Shown: in pieces, positions 25,599 to 30,636 of the stretch
How the letters are laid out: the number at the start of each line of letters is the position of its first letter
Position numbering within the stretch: position 1 is the first letter of the stretch
DNA from: a virus
Taxonomy: Duplodnaviria > Caudoviricetes
IMG/VR virus record: IMGVR_UViG_3300020414_000236
Location: 1 to 30,636 of that record
Reading direction: 5' to 3' (one strand)
Length of the DNA: 30,636 nt
Notes under the pieces: model-generated
Told to the model about the DNA's origin: nothing
Database searches by the model: none
The model's input: the letters and a program-made list of their open reading frames with translations, nothing else
Translations under genes and position numbers: made by a program

Positions 25599-28500
25599 TG
25601 ACAAGAGAAGAGCGTAGAAAGAAGTACGGTAGTTACTTTACACGATCCTACGTACCAAGACAAACATCCTTCGATGATCCTATGCCAGATGATTTTGTTC
25701 TTGATACTAGCAAAACTCTGAAAAAAGATGATCTGAAAAAGTACCAGTATCTACAGCCTATTCGTGACTACATGATAGAGCGTAAAGGTGTAGACTACGC
25801 AGAGAAAAGTGCTGATGAAGTTGTTAATGACTTTGTTGAACACATGCGCTTCTTCAATGCTAACACTGTGTCTACTGCAGGTGAAGTTAGATTTGTTAGT
25901 AAAGCAAATGATAAACAAAAGGCAGCAACCAAGAAAGCATATCAGATATATGATCAGCTAGGTAATGTGTTTGTCAATGATGGTGCAATGGGTGCTGTTG
26001 ATGGTATATGGGATTATGTAAGTGCTGCTGCGCTAGACCCAACTAACTATCTTGGTATTTTGACAGGTGGTATTGCTCGTGCAGGTGCAGCAGGTGTGTC
26101 TCTTACAGGTAGGCAAGCAGTTAAAGCTGCTGTAAAAAAAGCAGGGATGGAAGCAGCACTAGGCGGTAAGGGTAAAGCAGAAGCAAAAGCTGCTGCAATA
26201 AAAGCAGGAAAAGAAGCTGCTGCTCGTGCCATCAAAGAGGGCATGACCAAAAAGCAAGCTGCAAAGTTAGATGATGTTGTTGCTAAGAGAGTAATGAAAG
26301 AAGGACGCAGTGCTTTGGCAATGGATGCCATGAAGAAAAAGCAAGGCGAACTATTTAAACAATACGGTAATTATTCCTTGGCTGCAACAACTGGCATAGA
26401 TGCGACTGCTGCAGTACTACAGGATATTCAAGCACAACAAGCATATCTAGAAGTAGGAGCGCAGAAAGATTACAACTATCTACAGACAGGCTTTTCTTCT
26501 TTGCTTGGTGGTGTAGCAGGTGCTGCACAGCTAGGCTTTGGTAAGTTTCGTGGTGCATCAGGCTTTGAAGAAACTGGTGATCCACTAGAAAAAGTTAGTA
26601 ACAGAGTTATAAAAGAAACTGCTCCACAGTTCAAGCCGCCTGAAGTAAAGAAAGCTGCAGACATAATCAAAAAAGAAATTGATGCTTGGAATACTAAAGT
26701 AGAACGTGGTGGTCTTTACAGTCAAGATGCTATGCCCGCTGATCTTGTTCATAACATAATGTTAGGTGAAGATAAGAAGGGTGGACTTGCTAAACTGTTT
26801 GCTGATAAAGGATACAAGCTTGGCAAAGAAAAGCATTTGTCTGACGTTATGACAAACTTAGCTAGGTTCATGGATGATACAACAATAAGTGAAATCAATG
26901 AAGGGATGTCTAAGTATACAGGTATAACTATTGGCGATCTGACTGAAGACAAAAGTGCTATCGGTGACTTCATGGCTAAGAAGATCAACGAAGCAGGTAA
27001 GACATTGAATGTAATGTCACAGGTTCGAAGGGTAACCAACGCAGGTATAGTTGCTTCTCAGAATAAACTGGCATCCACAATAAGTGAGATTGATGCTAAA
27101 GAAGCTATCACAAAAGAATTGAAGAATGCTAAGAAGTCACAGAAGTACAAGTATGGACAGTCTGTGTGGAAAAGATTACTTGTTTCTTCCCCTGCTACAA
27201 CAGCAGTAAACGTTGCAGGTTTCTCTCAGTTTTACATGGGTCAAACATTAGCAGACATATTCAATGCTACAACCCTAACAACTTTAGGATTAGGTCAGTT
27301 AGGCTTGGGTTTTAAAGGTGCTGCTGCTGAGTCTTTTAGAAAGGCAACTGCACTAACAAAGATACAAGGCCAAAAGTTCCGTAACTTGATGGACCCTTAC
27401 ACTACGTATGACGCTTACATGGAGTTCTTGGATGGTCATACTGATGTGCGTAAGACTTTGTTTGAAACTGTAGCAGGTGGTGTAGATGCTACTGCAGCAC
27501 GTTACAACATGAACCCTGACAATAAATTATTTCAAGGGATCGAAGCTACAACTATAGCAGCAGGACAAATATCTGGCGTTAAGATACAGGACAGCTTTAC
27601 TAAGTCTCAAATGTTTATGACTGAGTTAGATAAGTATCTTAGATTAGAAAAAGGTATCTCACTCAAGGAAGCTATGTTAGCTGACAATGCAGGTGATCTA
27701 ATTGATGAGGTTTCTTTGCAGGGTGCGCTAGATGGTACTCTGAAGTCTGTGTTTGCTAAAGACTACACAACAGATCAGACACCTGAACTTCTCAGAACGT
27801 TAGCCAAGACAACTGAGACTGTTTCAAACACACCAGTGCTAGGCACAATCATACCATTTGGTAGGTTCTTTAACAATGTTATTGCTACCACATATCAATG
27901 GTCACCCTTGGCTGCACCAGAAGTATTCATAGACTTTGTAAAAAGAATAGCAAAGAATGAAGGAAAAGATTTCTCTGAGGGTGAGGCGTTTGGACGTATG
28001 ATGGTTGGAACATCTGCCATACTTATGGCTGCTGACTATGATGAAGAAAGACGTAAGGATGGATTGGGTGTATATGAAGTACGCACACAAGGCGGTACAA
28101 TCATAGATGCAAAGAATACATTTCCTTTCTCTACCTTCTTGGTAGCAGGACGTATCTTTAACATGAAGAGAAACGGTGAGGATGTACCTCGTGAGTTACT
28201 ACAGGAAGCAGGAACACAGATAGGCGTTGGTCAGCTTGCTCGTGATGTACAGTTCGGTAACGATGTTAACAATCTACTAGACATTATGATTAACAATGAC
28301 GGTGCTAGTAGAGGCATGACAGTAGATGGATTGTACAAAGTAGCAGGTAACTTTGCAGCAGGTTTTACCAGACCTGTCGATGCAGTAAATAAAACTGTTG
28401 GCTTTGCTATGGGTACAGATGGAGCCAAGGATGTACGTCAAGCAGAAGGTATAAATGTATTCACACAGTCAGCTACAAAGTATGTAGATAATCTTTTCGA

Positions 28501-29077
28501 AGCATTGAAAGATAAAACAGATAGTATCACTGGTGAAGATTTAGCTGTAGCTACACGTGAAGGTGAAGTGTACGATGCCAATCCTTTTGCTCGTGTCTTT
28601 GGTATCACTGTCAAGAGAGGCAGAACAGCAACAGAGAAAGCATACTCAGTAGCAGAAATGTTTCCTTGGCAAGCTAACGAAAGAACTAATATCCCTGCCT
28701 ACGACAAGGCTTTGAACACACTGGTAGCACCACTACTAGAAAGACGTATGCAAATACTGACTAGGAGTTCAGGGTTTAAGAATGCTTCACTGACAGGTAA
28801 GCGTAGGATGGTGAAGAATATGTTGTCCGATACTAAGGCTCAACTTAGAGAGGACATGGGTAAAGGCTTCTATGGCGCAGAGCCAGAGCGATTACGTATT
28901 GCAGCTAGGGCATCAACCAAAGCTACAAAAGAGATACGTAAAGAAGCTATGGATATGATGAAAGAAAGGTTTGGAGTAGAGGGTGATCTAGAAGATTTCA
29001 ACTACAATGAACTAGATATTTTTCTGGAACTGGTAGAGTATCTGCAAGATATGTATGATGAAACATTAGCAGTATAA
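25595..29077 (+). CDS. Large internal virion (ejection) protein
   Basis: 1160 aa, last gene of the arm. DPTNYLG..GG Gly/Ala-rich membrane-like segments and a PFGRFFNN motif, as in T7 gp16-position proteins. Confidence 0.75.
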   Translation: MMTREERRKKYGSYFTRSYVPRQTSFDDPMPDDFVLDTSKTLKKDDLKKYQYLQPIRDYMIERKGVDYAEKSADEVVNDFVEHMRFFNANTVSTAGEVRFVSKANDKQKAATKKAYQIYDQLGNVFVNDGAMGAVDGIWDYVSAAALDPTNYLGILTGGIARAGAAGVSLTGRQAVKAAVKKAGMEAALGGKGKAEAKAAAIKAGKEAAARAIKEGMTKKQAAKLDDVVAKRVMKEGRSALAMDAMKKKQGELFKQYGNYSLAATTGIDATAAVLQDIQAQQAYLEVGAQKDYNYLQTGFSSLLGGVAGAAQLGFGKFRGASGFEETGDPLEKVSNRVIKETAPQFKPPEVKKAADIIKKEIDAWNTKVERGGLYSQDAMPADLVHNIMLGEDKKGGLAKLFADKGYKLGKEKHLSDVMTNLARFMDDTTISEINEGMSKYTGITIGDLTEDKSAIGDFMAKKINEAGKTLNVMSQVRRVTNAGIVASQNKLASTISEIDAKEAITKELKNAKKSQKYKYGQSVWKRLLVSSPATTAVNVAGFSQFYMGQTLADIFNATTLTTLGLGQLGLGFKGAAAESFRKATALTKIQGQKFRNLMDPYTTYDAYMEFLDGHTDVRKTLFETVAGGVDATAARYNMNPDNKLFQGIEATTIAAGQISGVKIQDSFTKSQMFMTELDKYLRLEKGISLKEAMLADNAGDLIDEVSLQGALDGTLKSVFAKDYTTDQTPELLRTLAKTTETVSNTPVLGTIIPFGRFFNNVIATTYQWSPLAAPEVFIDFVKRIAKNEGKDFSEGEAFGRMMVGTSAILMAADYDEERRKDGLGVYEVRTQGGTIIDAKNTFPFSTFLVAGRIFNMKRNGEDVPRELLQEAGTQIGVGQLARDVQFGNDVNNLLDIMINNDGASRGMTVDGLYKVAGNFAAGFTRPVDAVNKTVGFAMGTDGAKDVRQAEGINVFTQSATKYVDNLFEALKDKTDSITGEDLAVATREGEVYDANPFARVFGITVKRGRTATEKAYSVAEMFPWQANERTNIPAYDKALNTLVAPLLERRMQILTRSSGFKNASLTGKRRMVKNMLSDTKAQLREDMGKGFYGAEPERLRIAARASTKATKEIRKEAMDMMKERFGVEGDLEDFNYNELDIFLELVEYLQDMYDETLAV

Positions 29078-29110
29078 AGAAGGGGCCGCATTTAGCGGCC
29101 CTTTTCATTT
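29075..29110. terminator. Bidirectional Rho-independent terminator between convergent genome arms
   Basis: AAAGAAGGGGCCGC-ATTTA-GCGGCCCTTTTCATTT: GC stem flanked by A-rich and T-rich tracts, between convergent stops at 29077 (+) and 29092 (-). Confidence 0.85.
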
Positions 29111-29295
29111 ACATAGCTATGTCCTGCCCACATTTTACATTCAAGTAATTTGTCTCTGGCATGCTTGCGTTCTGGATTATCTTCTAAGTTATCTAGTAAG
29201 AATTTATCCACTGCCTGTGTAACATCCCTCAAGTCGTTCTTAAACTGTTCACGTTTAGCCTCCATATAATCTGTAGCTTCACGTTCTAGTTTCAT
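29092..29295 (-). CDS. Hypothetical small helical protein
   Basis: 67 aa; ATGA overlap with the upstream minus-strand gene; ER..A..KL.E..MWA pattern. Confidence 0.7.
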   Translation of the reverse strand: MKLEREATDYMEAKREQFKNDLRDVTQAVDKFLLDNLEDNPERKHARDKLLECKMWAGHSYVNEKGR

Positions 29296-29756
29296 AGGTC
29301 TACTAGTTCTGCCTCCGTGTAAGGGATGTGAAAGAAATACTCTTTACGTCTAGCATTACCTAGCCATATTTCTTTTACACAATCTTCTGTAAGTTGAAAA
29401 TCTTTTATTCTCCAGGCTTTCTTACAGTCTTGACGTATTACATAGAAGTTACAGTATGTATTTTCACCCTGCATTTTTTTATACTTATTTAAAAGCCTAA
29501 ACTTCCTGTATGGTATACGTATCTCTTTCCAGTTTGGATTCCAATCACCAGTCCACTGGTTCTTCATCTCTACTTCAGAGTAGTACATACCGTCATTCTT
29601 CTTGCTCTTTATATCAAATGAAAAGTCTTCTTCACTATCAATAATGTCGTGTCCATTACTAACTAAGTAATTTGTAATTACTGTCTTAGCTTTGTTGTCG
29701 TTCTCTGCATATGACTCAGGTTGAAATTTTCTGTAGTAACCTTTTGCTTTTAACAT
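29292..29756 (-). CDS. PD-(D/E)xK nuclease-like protein
   Basis: FDI........YYSEVEMK..W...W......IRIPYRK motif. Start moved to 29756 (MLKAKG), which has SD GGAGG and a TAATG overlap. Confidence 0.6.
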   Translation of the reverse strand: MLKAKGYYRKFQPESYAENDNKAKTVITNYLVSNGHDIIDSEEDFSFDIKSKKNDGMYYSEVEMKNQWTGDWNPNWKEIRIPYRKFRLLNKYKKMQGENTYCNFYVIRQDCKKAWRIKDFQLTEDCVKEIWLGNARRKEYFFHIPYTEAELVDL

Positions 29757-29953
29757 TATACCTCCTGTGGTATCTGTGTACACCATACCCAATATATGGC
29801 ATCTTTCATGTAGTCGGGTCTGGTAGCTTCAAGTATTTGTCTACGTACCTCAACTGCTTCCTGACATTTTTCTAGTTCGAAATATATCTTTTGATCACTA
29901 AGCACTGATGGCTGACCGTTAAACAAAAATGCTGCTACCATAACCCACATCAT
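29756..29953 (-). CDS. Hypothetical protein, hydrophobic N-terminus and Cys pair
   Basis: 65 aa MMWVMVAAFLF...F..LEKC...C; coupled to the downstream gene. Confidence 0.7.
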   Translation of the reverse strand: MMWVMVAAFLFNGQPSVLSDQKIYFELEKCQEAVEVRRQILEATRPDYMKDAIYWVWCTQIPQEV

Positions 29954-29956
29954 ATT

Positions 29957-30073
29957 CTATTCCTTTTCTTCGTAAAAAGATTCTACTTTATCGTTGACCC
30001 AAGGTTCAACATACTTCTCTGCTATATCACCTACTACGATGAAAGCAATTATTGCTGCCATAAATTCTGCCAT
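29957..30073 (-). CDS. Small membrane-anchored protein, 38 aa (not in ORF track)
   Basis: MAEFMAAIIAFIVVGDIAEKYVEPWVNDKVESFYEEKE-stop; SD GGAG overlaps the RNR stop (TAGGAG); fills the gap exactly. Confidence 0.75.
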   Translation of the reverse strand: MAEFMAAIIAFIVVGDIAEKYVEPWVNDKVESFYEEKE

Positions 30074-30081
30074 GATAACTC

Positions 30082-30636
30082 CTATGTTATATCGACTACT
30101 TCACACACGTCACCAGTACAAGCAAATGTCTGACTGGACTTAGTGTTATCTTCTTGTTCATACTCTGAAAGCTTATTCCAGTCAATCTTTTTCGGCATAG
30201 AACTAAGTAATTCTTCATACTGTTCTTTGCTGCAATCTTGATATGGTGCTTGCTGATAGGTATGATCTGAGTGTGGTAGAAAAGACACACCTGACATTTC
30301 ATCAAAGTGTTTATAGACAAAGGCTCCTACCTCAAGCCATTCATCATCACGAACTGATATTGTTACACTAGGTTTATGTTCACACCAATGGCGTTGGTAT
30401 GTAAGCCATGTCTCTAGCTGCTCAACAGCAGTCATGTCATTACGTGTCACAGCATTTTCTGGTGATTTTATAGGAAAGCTGAACACGGTTGTAGTATCAC
30501 CCTTAAATACACAAGGTTCATTAGGTACACCATTGTCTATCATAAACTGTGTAAGTGGGTCTTTATTATCACCTCGTACAGTACGGATGTAATATGGAGA
30601 GTGACGAGCATGTATACCACTGGCACTGTCCACCAA
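30082..30636 (-). CDS. nrdJ: Class II (adenosylcobalamin-dependent, monomeric RTPR-type) ribonucleotide reductase, C-terminal part
   Basis: SGIH.RHSPYYIR.VR, WCEHKPSVTIS, GVSFLP, YQQAPY and C-terminal redox pair ACTGDVCE. The ORF runs off the window edge. Confidence 0.9.
   Translation of the reverse strand: MVDSASGIHARHSPYYIRTVRGDNKDPLTQFMIDNGVPNEPCVFKGDTTTVFSFPIKSPENAVTRNDMTAVEQLETWLTYQRHWCEHKPSVTISVRDDEWLEVGAFVYKHFDEMSGVSFLPHSDHTYQQAPYQDCSKEQYEELLSSMPKKIDWNKLSEYEQEDNTKSSQTFACTGDVCEVVDIT

Noticed and set aside
29757-29792. Longer start for the nuclease-like ORF
   Set aside because: Lies inside the upstream gene; ATG at 29756 has GGAGG and a TAATG overlap.

Overview
This window is part of a lytic marine podovirus genome, most like the HMO-2011-type / cobavirus (Zobellviridae-like) phages of marine Alphaproteobacteria. 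That assignment is recognised from gene order and motifs, not from a search. Bases 1-29077 (+) are one tightly coupled morphogenesis arm: terminase tail end, portal, a 1048-aa modular cargo-like protein, scaffold, major capsid, an accessory fibre module (7849-14543), adaptor, nozzle, a second fibre plus adhesin, ejection proteins and a LysM-GH73 muralytic enzyme. It converges at a bidirectional terminator (~29079-29106) on the minus-strand arm, which ends here in a class II (B12) ribonucleotide reductase. The standout is 10153-12539. Two coupled Ser/Thr-repeat genes look like the two halves of one antiparallel beta-needle, with residue-by-residue complementary repeats. They are split by an inserted S74 autocleaving chaperone, and removing the insert restores one in-frame protein. 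They are followed by a CMP/CDP-type GT-B glycosyltransferase-like gene and a degenerate HlyC-like acyltransferase, suggesting an undescribed two-chain, possibly ligated and glycosylated, fibre tip. Also notable: a [F/M]xxGG-punctuated cargo protein with an ART-like N-terminal domain, and a repeated RNA internal-loop motif upstream of the scaffold and capsid genes.
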